Shown here piece after piece: positions 1 to 11,172 of a stretch of DNA of 64,000 nucleotides. Numbering within the stretch: position 1 is the stretch's first letter; each line of letters opens with the position of its first letter. A model generated the notes under the pieces. It made no database searches and was not told where the DNA came from. It was given only the letters and a program-made list of their open reading frames with translations. The DNA comes from an uncultured Chloroflexia bacterium (GTDB lineage Bacteria > Chloroflexota > UBA6077 > JACCZL01), in assembly GCA_963765765.1 (NCBI GenBank), contig CAVXYC010000020.1:800001-864000 (forward strand), in the 5' to 3' direction. The position numbers and the translations under genes are program-made.

Positions 1-711
1 ATGATCTTTGTCTATGTTGGCGAAGGCGAGCCGCCACCGCTCCCCCGCTATCCCGAGTTCGAGTATCCCGATCGGATTGAGGCGACGGAAGAGAGCTTCG
101 TGCGAGGCTGCAACTGGTTCCAGGGCGTTGAAAACGGGACAGACCAGGTGCACGGATTATTTGTCCACGCCCGCGGCGAGCGCGACGGTCGACTCAAGAA
201 ATTCCCGTTGCCGGACTGGGAAGAGCATGACTGGGGCGTCGATGCCGCCCGCGACGGCAAGACAGGTGGCGGCATCTTCTTTCCGAATCTCCACCCGTTC
301 AGCAAGACGATCGACGATCCATCCATTGACCTTGGCGGCCCACTCCCAACGCTCGTTTGGGAGATCCCGGTGGACGACTACACCCATCGCCAAATCGGCG
401 TTCAGCGACTTCCAAGGCCCAAGGATGACCCACTGATCCGCGAATACCACGCCAATCGAGCCGAGCGATACGCCCGCTATGAGCCCGTGGCGCCGATCTC
501 CGCAGCCGTGCTCGAGGGGCGTATGCATCGCGAGGACGTAGGCCTGAATCGGACACACACGTTCACCTTTGAGGACGACCTGGCCCAGGTCGGTCAAGGA
601 GCCATCGAGGACCGTCGGGGGGAACGGCTAGGCCGATCAGACACGGGCATCATCGCCGTTCGAAAGATCTGGCGACGCGAGCTCAATAAGCTGGCCACGG
701 CCAGGCGTTGA
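1..711 (+). CDS. Rieske non-heme iron aromatic oxygenase alpha subunit, C-terminal part (phthalate 4,5-dioxygenase/LigX-like); 5' end outside the window
   Basis: PPPLPRY, CNWFQGVENGTDQVH (mononuclear Fe site), EDDLAQVGQG and ERLGRSDTGII motifs; paralog of the next gene. Confidence 0.8.
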   Translation: MIFVYVGEGEPPPLPRYPEFEYPDRIEATEESFVRGCNWFQGVENGTDQVHGLFVHARGERDGRLKKFPLPDWEEHDWGVDAARDGKTGGGIFFPNLHPFSKTIDDPSIDLGGPLPTLVWEIPVDDYTHRQIGVQRLPRPKDDPLIREYHANRAERYARYEPVAPISAAVLEGRMHREDVGLNRTHTFTFEDDLAQVGQGAIEDRRGERLGRSDTGIIAVRKIWRRELNKLATARR

Positions 712-804
712 CGACCTTCCAATGGACGGCGCCCGAATCCTGGGACACCATGCAACCAGTCGCGGAGTCCGCTGTACCCAACTCCCAGCAGCTCGTCGAG
801 GTGA

Positions 805-1991
805 GTGGCTGACATGACGCTGTACGCAACCAACGATACTTCCTCGCTCGAAGCCGATCCGCTCGATGAAGGCTTTGGGGCCCTGGTTCTCACCGGACGA
901 GAGACGCTGGGAGGTTGGCTGCTCCGACGCTACTGGCACCCCGTTGCCTACGCGCATGAGCTGCCGCTAGGTAAAGCGTTGCCCCTCATGCTCATGACTG
1001 AGCGATTCACGCTTTATCGCGGCGAGAGCGGCAAGCTTACCTCGTGAGATTCAACTGCCCCCACCGCAGGACACAACTCTGAGTTAGCTAGTTGGAAGGC
1101 GAGGCGATTAGCTGCTTCTACCACGGATGGATGTTCAACGGTGAAGGGCAATGCATCGATCAGCCGGCGGAGCCCGCGCCATTCTGCGAAAAGGTCACCG
1201 TTCCGAGGTTCCATGCCGAGGAGTACCTCGGGTTGATCTTTGCTTACATCGGCCCTGGTGAGCCGCCGCCCCTACCGCGCTATCCCGAGTTTGAGATCTC
1301 CGATCGGATCGAGCCGAGCGAGGAGAGCTTCTTCCGCAAGTGCAACTGGTTCCAGGGCGTAGAGAACGGCGTGGACGAGACGCACGGCTGGTACGTGCAT
1401 ATTCGTGGTGAGAATGACGGACGCATCTAGCAGCCGCCGCTCATTCAAGCCGTGGAGAACGACTGGGGTGTCGCCACGGGTCGCAACAACGTTCCTGGTG
1501 GCGGCGTGGGCTTTCCAAATCTCCACCCTTTGACCAAGAAGATCGACGAGCCGGGACTGGACCTTCCGGCCTTGCCATCGCTGGTGTGGGAAGTGCCAAT
1601 CGATGATGAGACGCATCGCCAGATCGGCATTCAGCTCCTTCCATGGCCTATGGACGACCCGCGCATCCGTGACTACCACGTTCGCCGTAAGGCCCGATTC
1701 GATTCACATGAGTTGAAGCCGATGCCGATGTCCGACGCAGTCCTGGCGGGCAAGGTGAATCGGCACGATCTGGATCTCTCCAGGACTCATGCCTTCACCT
1801 TTGAAGATGACCTGGCGCAGGTTGGCCAGGGGCGTATCGAAGATCGGCGGGGCGAGCGACTCGGGCGCACCGATGCTGGCGTGATCCTGATGCGGAAAAT
1901 CTGGCAGCGAGAGCTCCGTGCATTTGCAAGCGGAGCGTCCCTTAAGCAGTGGCGGTGGATTCCGCCCGAGACGTGGGGCGCGCAAGCATGA
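805..1991 (+). CDS. Rieske aromatic oxygenase alpha subunit, interrupted (frameshifts near 1040-1090, in-frame TAG at 1428-1430)
   Basis: LLRRYWHPV; CPHR...CFYHGW Rieske motif split across frames; CNWFQGVENGVDETH; ERLGRTDAGVILMRKIW. Confidence 0.75.
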
Positions 1992-2030
1992 CCCCCCGAT
2001 TCGTCAGGTACTCGAGATCTCTGGAGCTAC

Positions 2031-3139
2031 ATGAAATCACGCATCGTTGTTCTGCAGCGTCGTTGCCAGCATGCTCCTTGCAGCGTGCAGCAGCGCCCCG
2101 GCCGCCGCTCCGCCAGCCGTGGCTCCCGCCGCGACGGGTCCCGAAACATCGGCTGCTGCGCCAACCGCCGCGGCCGCGGCGGCACCTTCGACAAGCGCTC
2201 TTGCCGCGAAGGCCCCGCTCGAAGAAAATGAGCTCCAGCTCACATTCGTGGCCAATGTTCAGTACTACGGCATTAGCTACGCCGCAAAGACCGGGCATCT
2301 TCGAGAAGAACGGGCTGAGCGTGGATTACAAGCCGGGCGGCGCAGGAGTCGACTCACTTCGCATGGCTGCGGCGGCGCTGCCGATGTGGGCTTTGCCGAT
2401 GCGACTTCCCTGCTCGTTGCCATTGCAAATAGCGGTGCGGACCTAACCGTCTTCGGTGCGGACTTCCAGAAATCGCCCAACTCGGTGATGTGCCGCGACG
2501 ATCGCGGAATAAAGATGTTCTCCGACATCAAAGGCAAGAACATCGGGCTGAAGCCCAACGCGGTCAACACGTTCCCGATGTTGCTTGCTCGCAACAGCAT
2601 GACGACTGAGGACATCAAGTCCACCCCAATCGGACTCACCGACATCACGCCCATCATCGCGGGGACCATCGACTGTCAGTTCTCCGCCTTCTTCTTCAAT
2701 GAGCCGATCACGGTTCGAAAGAACGGCGTGACGCCGGTCAACTTTCTGATCACCGATCACGGGATGCCATCTCAAGCACAGGTGCTGGTAACTCAGCCCG
2801 AGAAGATTCAGGCAGACCCTGCCGCCTACGTCGCCTTTATTAAATCGGTGCAGGAATCCTGGGAAACATTCATCAAGGATCCCGAAGCCGCTGCTCGATG
2901 GGTGGTAGACAACCGGCGCCGTGGACGGCCTGGACGTGGAACAGCAGATTGAACAGGCCAAGGCTGAGGTAGAGCTCATCAAACCGTCGGGAATGGTCAA
3001 GCCTCTGCTGTCGCTGGAGCCTGACGTCTGGAAGGAAACGCTGAAAGCGGCTCAGGACGCAGGAACGATCGCCCCAGACGCCAGCATCGATCTCGCCAGG
3101 ATTTTGAACACCGACATCGTCACGCAGGCCAGCAAATAA
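2031..3139 (+). CDS. ABC transporter substrate-binding lipoprotein (NMT1/THI5/SsuA-like), frameshifted
   Basis: LLAAC lipobox, Ala/Pro-rich linker, FEKNGLSVDYKPGG, DIKGKNIG; pieces lie in ORFs 1949-2446, 2047-2952 and 2921-3139. Confidence 0.7.
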
Positions 3140-3162
3140 CTCACACACGGAGACATCGACCA

Positions 3163-3530
3163 ATGGAATGGCAGTTTTCCCGAACCTATACTGACGAGAA
3201 CGGCGTCACGCGCATCGAAGAGCTGACGTTCGAGAAGAACCCGGAGCTCAAAACGCTGCAGGCGGCCAAAGGCATCCGCTTCAACGTCTCACGAGCCCGG
3301 CACCTTCCGCGACTACCACGTCCAGCAGAATCCCCACCATCGGATCACCTCCAAGGTAGGCGAGATCCGCATCACGGACGGCACGAAGTTCCACATCAGC
3401 CCCGGTCACGTAAACTTCGCCACCGCAACGACCGGCGAAGGCCACACCAGCCGAGTGGTTGGCTGACGTGCCCAGGATTACGGACACGATACGCTCGGCG
3501 AAGAAGAACGCAGGCATCGACGGCGATGTC
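3163..3530 (+). CDS. small cupin-like protein, frameshifted; 3' end approximate
   Basis: RTYTDENGVTRIEEL N-terminus; TGEGHTSRVVG in another frame; RBS GGAG upstream. Confidence 0.45.
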
Positions 3531-3644
3531 CAGAGTTGTTTTCTCTGCAAAGAGCTTATTGTCATCCTGAGCGCAGCGCTCGATGACAGGGCCCGTCATC
3601 GCTCTCACCTTCCAACACGGCGGGATCAGTCGGCGGGATCGCTC

Positions 3645-4452
3645 CTAGAGTGACTGCGCCCGACACTCCAACTCGATCACCTCCGCTCGTGACATCGTCT
3701 CCAGATACTCCTCGGCCGATCGATACAACTTGTCGGGCACCAGCCGAGCGGTAATCGGGAAGACCAGGCCGGATTTGTCGAACGGATACGGGTCTAGTGC
3801 AAGAGAATAGTCTCCACGCGATACACACTGAAGCGTCATCGACGACCCGTCGGGCAGGGTCACGGGTGCGATGTCACCACTGCTCGCCTGTCTGAACACA
3901 TATTGCAGCGAAAGACGATCCCATACCTGGAGTAAGAGGTAGTTGCGCCAGACGCTCGGATCATGCGTGACGTGTGTACTTCGGTCGATGCCGGCGATTC
4001 GCTCCGCCAGCGATTGTTGGAACGTCGCCTGCTCGGCGAGAAACTCATCTACCAGCACTCGCTCTTCCGCGCTGAAGTGCTGCTCGGCCAGACGGAATGT
4101 GCCGTACCGATCGTTAGAGAGTCCCGCCCCGTGCATACTTACGAGAAGCCCGGTGTATGGATCGACTTCGGCCGCGGCCTGAATTCCGCGCCGATACAGT
4201 GGCACATGCTCATGCGGTGTTAGTCGAAAGAACTGGTAGGGCTGTCCCGTGGAGGGATCGAGCGAAGTCTCATGATCATCCCACTGAATCCAGCCGTTGT
4301 CATGCCTCGTGGCGGCCTCGATAACTGGGTGTGACGGCTCGTAGGCAGGCGTGCCCTCGTTCCCCCAATGCCTCGCAAAATCACCAGCTTGAAGCCCGTG
4401 GTCCGGCTCGTCGAATGGCGAGCCAACGATCCTTAACCTTGCTGAAAATCAT
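3645..4452 (-). CDS. DUF3891 family protein, frameshifted in the N-terminal part
   Basis: DPYTGLLVSMH, NYLLLQVWDRLSL and LDPYPF motifs; N-terminal ARHWGN in another frame. Confidence 0.7.
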
Positions 4453-4587
4453 GTGCGTGCTCCCCGTCTAAGATCTTCAGGATTCTAGGAGTCGTTAACT
4501 AATTGCCACATTGGACGCGCCGTATAGCTTGCATCCGCGTACAACAAGCTCGGTCATTCCTGGGTTGTGTCTGGCGAGCACGGAGAT

Positions 4588-4847
4588 TCATGGAATGGCC
4601 TCGGGGTCCGCGACCTTATCGAACGAATTCTCACTCGGCGTGCGAATCATTCGGTGGCATTCGCACGCCGCCCGCTCGACGTCACGCCGATCGATCACAG
4701 TGATCTGGCCACGACTGTATCGGATGTAGCCAAGCTCCTGGAGAGTGGCGGCAGCCGAGTTGACCGACGCAGCCCAACGCCCAGCATCTGAGCCAGGAAA
4801 TCCTGCGTCAGCGCGAACTGGTCGAGCCCGAGCTGATGCTGTGTCAT
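4588..4847 (-). pseudogene. Crp/Fnr-family regulator C-terminal HTH remnant
   Basis: manual translation: FALTQDFLAQMLGV / frameshift / SVNSAAATLQELGYIRYSRGQITVIDRRDVERAACECHRMIR. Confidence 0.65.
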
Positions 4848-5363
4848 GGAGGCCTTGCCAATGGTCGGTTCAACATTCGGGCCCAGATCCTAAGGTCATG
4901 CGACAACTCTGCTGTTAAAGCGCCCCGAGCGCTGGTTATCCAAACTGGTGACATTTCTCTCTGGGACGCTCGCTGTAGGCCATCCACGGTGGGACAGTGG
5001 TCTCTGCCTGTCCAGTCCCCGATCAATCCATGAATCTCTTGACAGTCGAGACGACTGTCCCATCAAAGACCTCGTCCGGCTCACGGATCTTCACAGCACC
5101 GGCCAAGACCGTTGTCCCGCCGACTCAGCGAGGGCATGGCTTTGAGGTGGACCCCAGTCGCCGGGGCGCGCCCAGACGCCCCGGCGATGCCGTAATCAGG
5201 ATGCTCCGCCTACCGATTCCGCGACTCTCCCGGAGCTGCGCCTATCGCGATTGTCACGTGATCGTTGCACAAGTTCCGTCGCACGCCATCGTTCCCGGTC
5301 GTCCCAGGGAAGCCAGATTACCGTGCTATCATCCCCGTGAGTAGGACGTTTTAGGGGGCGCTG

Positions 5364-5808
5364 GTGAAGCTCCAGGGACAGTATTCATTTCCGGCTCGAC
5401 CGCGAGCAGGTCTGGAAGCTCATGCTCGATCCGGAGTCGCTGAAGCAATGCGTGCCCGGTTGCGAATCGCTGGAGGCGACTGACGCGGACCAATATCAGG
5501 TCACATTGAAGGTTGGTGTCGCGGCGATTCGGGGAACGTACAAAGGCAAGATCGCCATTGTGGACAAGGTTGAGCCCTCGAGTTACCGCTTGCGCGTTGA
5601 AGGGAAGGGCGGACCGGGTTTCGTGCGCGGTGATGCTTCCATCACGCTAGAGGAGGATGGCGGAGAGACCAGAGTGATGGTTGACGCCGATGGCAATGTG
5701 GGCGGCACCGTTGCCGGTGTTGGGCAGCGTATGCTGGGCGGCGTGGCGAAGATGTTGATGGACCAGTTCTTCAACTGTCTGAAATCGCGGGTTCCCGCCC
5801 GAGCCTAA
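5364..5808 (+). CDS. coxG: carbon monoxide dehydrogenase subunit G (SRPBCC) family protein; frameshift near 5' end
   Basis: LDPESLKQCVPGCESL, VGGTVAGVGQRMLGGVAKMLMDQFF. Confidence 0.85.
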
Positions 5809-5810
5809 CT

Positions 5811-7049
5811 ATGACCATGCGCCCAATGGCTACGCAGTCCCTGTACGAAATGGTGAGCGTCGCGCAAGCGAAGGAGATCATCAACCGCTTCGCGCGGCCG
5901 CTGAGTACTGAAACGATTAATGCGTTAGAGGCACGTGGGCGCGTGTTGGCTGAGCGCGTTGTGTCCAGTGAGAATCTGCCACCTGCGCATCGATCCGCCG
6001 TGGATGGCTACGCGGTTCTCGGTTCGGATGGACAGTCTCCGCGCAGAGTCCTGGGCGAGATCACCGCCGGCCACGTACTGGATCAAACCATCACTCCGGG
6101 CACGGCGCTACGAATCATGACTGGTGGACTCCTCCCGCCAGGCGCAGATACGGTCGTGATGGTGGAGGACACCGAAGAGCACGACGGGACCGTCGAGTTT
6201 CACGCACCGGTCAACACCGGCTGGAACGTCCATGCGCCCGGCCTGGACCTCACCCACGGACAGGTCGTCTTCGAACCGGGAACGGTGCTCGGTCCACCGG
6301 AGATTGGCATGCTGGCAACCATGGGCCACGTCAATGTCTCCGTGTATCGCCGACCGAGTGTTTCCATGCTGGCCACCGGCGACGAGCTGGTGGAGCCGTG
6401 GGAAGAACCGCCATACGGCGCCATTCGGGATAGCAACAGATACGCCGTCCTGGCGGCGGCGGCGGAAGCCGGTGCTTCATCATCGTGGAACCGGATCGTC
6501 CACGACGATGAAGAGGCAACACGCGCCGCGATCGTTGAAGGCATTAACGCCGCTGATGTGCTGCTTTCCTCCGGCGGTGTCTCCATGGGCACGCGGGACC
6601 TTATTAAGCCGATCCTGGAGGAGCTAGGCACGGTGCAATTTGGACGCGTGTCGTTCAAGCCAGGGAAACCGCTCACGTTCGCCACGGTAGGCGACAAGCT
6701 CGTCTTCGGACTCCCAGGATTTCCGGTGTCGTCTCTGGTCACATTCGAGGTCTTCGTTCGACCAGCCCTTCTTCGAATGCAGGGTCACCCGTCACCGGAA
6801 CGCCCGCGGGTGCACGTCCGTATCCAACAGCCAATCCGACTGGATCCATCTCGACCGGAGTATCAGCGCGCATTCATCAGGTGGCAAAACGGCGAACTGG
6901 TGTCATCGCCAACCGGGGTGCAAGCATCCAGCCGACTGATGTCCATGGTCGGCGCCAACGCCCTCCTCGAGCTCGAGGCGCGCGAGGGCACACTCCAGCC
7001 TGGCGAGCTTGTCCCGGCGCTCCTGCTCGCCACTCCACCAAGCGACTAA
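5811..7049 (+). CDS. moeA: molybdopterin molybdotransferase (gephyrin-like)
   Basis: SAVDGYAV, RIMTG, ATGDEL, SSGGVSMG, KPGKP, GLPGFPVS. Confidence 0.92.
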   Translation: MTMRPMATQSLYEMVSVAQAKEIINRFARPLSTETINALEARGRVLAERVVSSENLPPAHRSAVDGYAVLGSDGQSPRRVLGEITAGHVLDQTITPGTALRIMTGGLLPPGADTVVMVEDTEEHDGTVEFHAPVNTGWNVHAPGLDLTHGQVVFEPGTVLGPPEIGMLATMGHVNVSVYRRPSVSMLATGDELVEPWEEPPYGAIRDSNRYAVLAAAAEAGASSSWNRIVHDDEEATRAAIVEGINAADVLLSSGGVSMGTRDLIKPILEELGTVQFGRVSFKPGKPLTFATVGDKLVFGLPGFPVSSLVTFEVFVRPALLRMQGHPSPERPRVHVRIQQPIRLDPSRPEYQRAFIRWQNGELVSSPTGVQASSRLMSMVGANALLELEAREGTLQPGELVPALLLATPPSD

Positions 7050-7066
7050 TCCGACACATTGGTGAG

Positions 7067-7132
7067 ACAGCCGTCTTTGGCTGTCCAGCGTTGCTCCGCC
7101 TCCATGATTCATGAACAGCCAGAGACGGCTGT
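7067..7132. terminator. hairpin after moeA
   Basis: acagccgtctttggctgt ... acagccagagacggctgt inverted repeat. Confidence 0.5.
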
Positions 7133-7241
7133 TCTACCGGTACGGGTCATCCTTGTACAGGGCCTTTGCTATACTTCGAAATCGCGTGCGATAGCCTCTT
7201 CGGTGAATCGTGCGCTCTGACCGTCTCAAAGGGAGGGACGC

Positions 7242-8150
7242 GTGATCGAGGGCATCCGCCGCATCCAGGACATGATGGAGCGGCAGATCTACATTACAGA
7301 CCGCGCTATCGCGACGACGACGTACCTGGCGAGCGAGCTGCGCAAAGCCCGTGCTGATCGAGGGCCAGGCAGGCGTCGGCAAGACCGAGATCGCCAAGGT
7401 GCTCGCGACCGCGCCTGGACACCGAGCTGATTCGGCTGCAGTGCTATGAGGGCCTGGACGTCAATACCGCGCTCTACGAGTGGAACTATCCGAAGCAGAT
7501 GCTGCGGATCAAGATGGAAGAGGGCGGCGACAATCTCGGTCGAGGACCAGGAGACGCACATCTTCAGCGAGACTTCCTGCTGAAGCGGCCGCTCCTGCGG
7601 GCGATCAGTGCGAAGGACAAGTCGCCGGTCCTGCTGATCGACGAGGTCGACCGCGCGGACGAGGAGTTCGAGGCGTTCCTCCTCGAAGTGCTGTCCGACT
7701 TCCAGGTCACCATCCCCGAGCTTGGCACGATCAAGTGCCGAGCACCGCCCGTACGTGGTGCTGACCTCGAACCGGACCCGTGAGCTTGCGCGACGCGTCT
7801 CAAGCGCCGCTGCATGTACCTGTGGATCGACTATCCGGACTTCGCCAAGGAGCTGCGGATCATCACCACCAAGATCCCGAACATCAACGAGCGGCTGGCG
7901 CGGCAGGTCGCGGCGTTCATGCAGGCGATCCGCCAGGTCAAGCTCTGACCAAGACCCCGGCGTCGCCGAGACGCTGGACTGGGCGATGAGCATGATGGCG
8001 CTGCACCAGGATCACCTCGATCCGGAGACCGTGCGCGAGACGCTCGGCGTCATTCATCAAGGATCGCGACGACGTCACCAAGATGCGCGGCAAGCCGCTG
8101 GATTCATCCTGGTCGGCATGGATACGCGGACAGAGGAAGAGGATCTCAAC
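7242..8150 (+). CDS. coxD: MoxR-family AAA+ ATPase (CoxD-like), several frameshifts; end approximate
   Basis: GVGKTEIAK Walker A, LIRLQCYEGLD, LLIDEVDRADEEFEAFLLEVLSDFQVTIPELGTI, LTSNRTREL, PGVAETLDWA. Confidence 0.8.
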
Positions 8151-8154
8151 GCAA

Positions 8155-9382
8155 TGGATCCAGTCAGTCGACCCAGCGCCTGGAGCGGGAAATCGCCTCA
8201 CGCTAAAGAGCCGCGCCCGGCACGCGGATCTGCACTCGCAACGTCATCGCGTTCGGGCAGGAGCTTCGATCGCGCGAGCTGCTTGTCACACCTCACTGAG
8301 ATCGTCGACGCGCTACGGCGTCGATGTCCGTAGAAGTCGCGCGATCGCCGCGACGTCTATCTCGGCACGCGCACCGTCCTCACGTCTCGTCCCGAAGACA
8401 TGCCGATCTTCGACGAGGTCTTCGACAACTTCTGGCGGCGCATCGCCACCATCGACGAGGTGGACGATCCGAGAACCAACCCGGACGAGATGACGTCACA
8501 GGGCGAGGATGCGCCGACCTCCAAGAGGGCGGCGAGGGCCAGCAGCAGTTGCGGCTGACCAGCGCCGAGGGAGACGGCGGCGAGGGCGACGAAGAGGGCG
8601 ACGAGGAAGCGCTGCCGCTCTACAGCCCGGTCGAGATGTCTGGCAGCAAGGACTTCAGTCGGTTCCAGGCCGAGGAGATGACGCGAGATCGCCCGCGCGG
8701 TCCTCATCATCGCCAAACGCTGGCAACGCAGGAGAGCCGGCGGTACGCGTGTCGCGCAAGGGCATCCATGATCGATGCCCGCCGCACGATGCGCCGAAGA
8801 ACATGAAGTACGGCGGCACCATCATCGAGCTGGCGCGCAAGACGAGAAAAATCCGCAAGCCGCGGCTGGTGGTCATCTGCGACGTGAGCCGCTCGATGGA
8901 CACCTACAGCCGGTTCCTGCTCCAGTTCATCCACGCGATGCAGCACGTCATCGGCAAGGTGGAGTCGTTCGTGTTCAGTACCTCGCTGACGCGCGTGACG
9001 GAGTACTTCAAGAACGAGGACATTCAGAGTGCGCTGGACCGCATTGCGCGTGAGGTCCACGACTGGTCGGGCGGAACCCGGATCGGCCAGAGCCTGACGA
9101 CGTTCAACGAAGAGTGGTCACGCCAGACTCGTGGACAGGCACACCATCGTGGTGATCCTCAGCGACGGTCTGGATACCGGCGATGCGGAGATCCTCCGAA
9201 CGGCAATGGAAGAGCTTGCAGCTCGGGCCGGAAAGGTCGTCTGGCTCAATCCACTGCTCGGCAGCAAGGACTACCGTCCGCTGGCGCGTGGCATGAGTAC
9301 GGCTCTGCATCACATGGACGTGTTCGCGCCGGCCCACAACCTGGCCAGCCTGCAGGATCTGGGCAGACACTTAACGCTCTAA
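8155..9382 (+). CDS. coxE: VWA domain protein (CoxE-like), several frameshifts; start approximate
   Basis: CDVSRSM MIDAS motif, WSGGTRIGQSL, ILSDGLDTGD, WLNPLLG, PAHNLASL. Confidence 0.8.
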
Positions 9383-9385
9383 AGG

Positions 9386-9452
9386 ACCAAAGGCCCTCAA
9401 GGACGCAGCGACATCTCGTTGTATGTCGCTGCCGTCCTTGAGGGCCTTTGGT
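9386..9452. terminator. long hairpin after coxE
   Basis: accaaaggccctcaaggacgcagcgacat ... atgtcgctgccgtccttgagggcctttggt. Confidence 0.65.
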
Positions 9453-9610
9453 TCTACTCAACTCGTCTTCTGTCAATTGCGATATGACGTGATACCACTG
9501 TGATTGTCTGCACCTCAAACGAGACAGGCCCGTAACCGAGGCCACTGCAGAATCCTGGTTGTTGCCGCGCGCAGCTTACGCGCAGGTAAACCGCGAAGAG
9601 CGAGTGTCCA

Positions 9611-11041
9611 GTGCCTGTAGTTCAGTGGTATCGAAATCTGAGTCTCGTCGCCCGGTTCACCTGGACCGGACTGGCGCTCACTATCATCGTCGGAAGCCTG
9701 GTAGCTTTAGTGGTGGGCCAGGGGATTGAGCGCGCGGCGTTGGAGCATGAGGCCTGGAGCGTGAGCGAGACTGTCGCCCAGACGTTGGGTCCGGCGATCG
9801 CAGCATCCGACTTCGAAGTGGGCGACCACCTGGCGCGCGCTGAGGAGATCCGCCGCGCCGAGGAGGACCTGGCTGGCCATTCTCGAATTCGCGAGCTGCG
9901 TATCTGGTCAGCGGACAGCACCCTCATATTCGGGCCGGAGCTTGAAATGATCGGCTTCGGATACGAGCGCAACCCTGCACTGAATCGCGCCCTACGCGGT
10001 GAGGTGGCATCCGTGCCTGTGCTCGTTCCCGGAATGATTGGTGACCAGTTCGACGCCGGCTTGCAGACGTTTGCCCCTATCCGAGCCAGAGACGCGTCCG
10101 TGCTCGGGGCTTTCGAAATTCAGCACTCCACCGTCGCCGTCACGGATCGCATTCATGCAGGCTTGAGGACGCTCTGGCTTAGCGTGACGGGAGGCCTGCT
10201 GCTCTTATATTTCGGTCTCTTTGGCATTGTGAAGCGTGCTTCGGCAGAGCTCGAGTGGCACCATCGGGAGGTGATAGCGCTCACATCACGTCGCGAAATC
10301 GATCGGATGAAGGCGGAATTCGCCAGTACCGTCTCACACGAGCTTCGAGCTCCACTCACCTCCTTGATCGGATATTCCGAGCTACTGGTCTCACGTGGAT
10401 CGCAGCATGGTCAGGATTATGAGTGGGCAGAGCAGATTTTGCGGCAGTCTAAGCGGCTGAGCGAGCTACTGGACGACGTATTGGGCGCATCGATGATCGC
10501 CGACAGCGCAATGATGCTCACGCCGCGCACGCTGGATGTGCCGGCGATCGTTGCACGCGCAATCGGCGCACTTCCGGGCATCACGCCAACAATCGCAATT
10601 GAGGCGGCCCTGCCGCCAAATTTGCCTTCTATTCTGGGCGACCGAGAAAAGCTCATGCAGATTCTGACAAATCTCTTAACCAATGCTGTCAAGTACTCCC
10701 CGGATGGAGGCGAAATTCGGATCAGCGCCGCCGAGGTGAATGGTCGACTGCGACTGTCGGTCATCGATCATGGACTTGGAATCGCCCAGAACGACCTTCC
10801 CCGTCTGTTCGAGCGATTCCATCGCATCCATGCGCGTACCAATCCTGAGATCCATGGCACAGGCCTGGGGCTCTACATCTCACGCGGTCTCGCCGAGCTT
10901 CAGGGAGGCATCCTGTGGGGCGAAAGCCAAGGGCTGGGCATGGGCTCAGCGTTTCATCTCGAGCTGCCTCTCGCGCCAGCTGAGGACATCGCTCCGGCAA
11001 CGGTTGGGCGTCCCAGTCTCGCCATTGGCGCAGCTCCGTAG
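9611..11041 (+). CDS. membrane sensor histidine kinase
   Basis: two TM segments, SHELRAPLT H-box, NLLTNAVKYS N-box, DHGLGI and GTGLGL G-boxes. Confidence 0.9.
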   Translation: MPVVQWYRNLSLVARFTWTGLALTIIVGSLVALVVGQGIERAALEHEAWSVSETVAQTLGPAIAASDFEVGDHLARAEEIRRAEEDLAGHSRIRELRIWSADSTLIFGPELEMIGFGYERNPALNRALRGEVASVPVLVPGMIGDQFDAGLQTFAPIRARDASVLGAFEIQHSTVAVTDRIHAGLRTLWLSVTGGLLLLYFGLFGIVKRASAELEWHHREVIALTSRREIDRMKAEFASTVSHELRAPLTSLIGYSELLVSRGSQHGQDYEWAEQILRQSKRLSELLDDVLGASMIADSAMMLTPRTLDVPAIVARAIGALPGITPTIAIEAALPPNLPSILGDREKLMQILTNLLTNAVKYSPDGGEIRISAAEVNGRLRLSVIDHGLGIAQNDLPRLFERFHRIHARTNPEIHGTGLGLYISRGLAELQGGILWGESQGLGMGSAFHLELPLAPAEDIAPATVGRPSLAIGAAP

Positions 11042-11172
11042 CAAGCAGTCCGTGAGGGGTAGCAGCGCCTAACACAACGCCGCTAGTCCGAAAGTCGGGT
11101 AATATACTGCACGGACAATCGGCCTAGCGATGCGCGCTGTCCCACTCGTGCGTACGACGGAGTAATCCCAAA

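Noticed and set aside
1428-1430. In-frame TAG in the second Rieske gene as possible recoding (pyrrolysine or readthrough)
   Set aside because: TAG ends many genes normally in this window, the paralog has AAG (Lys) at about this position and the gene has other errors, so a substitution or decay is more likely.
9480-9610. Possible riboswitch upstream of the histidine kinase
   Set aside because: I could not match any riboswitch consensus or find a convincing multi-stem structure by eye.
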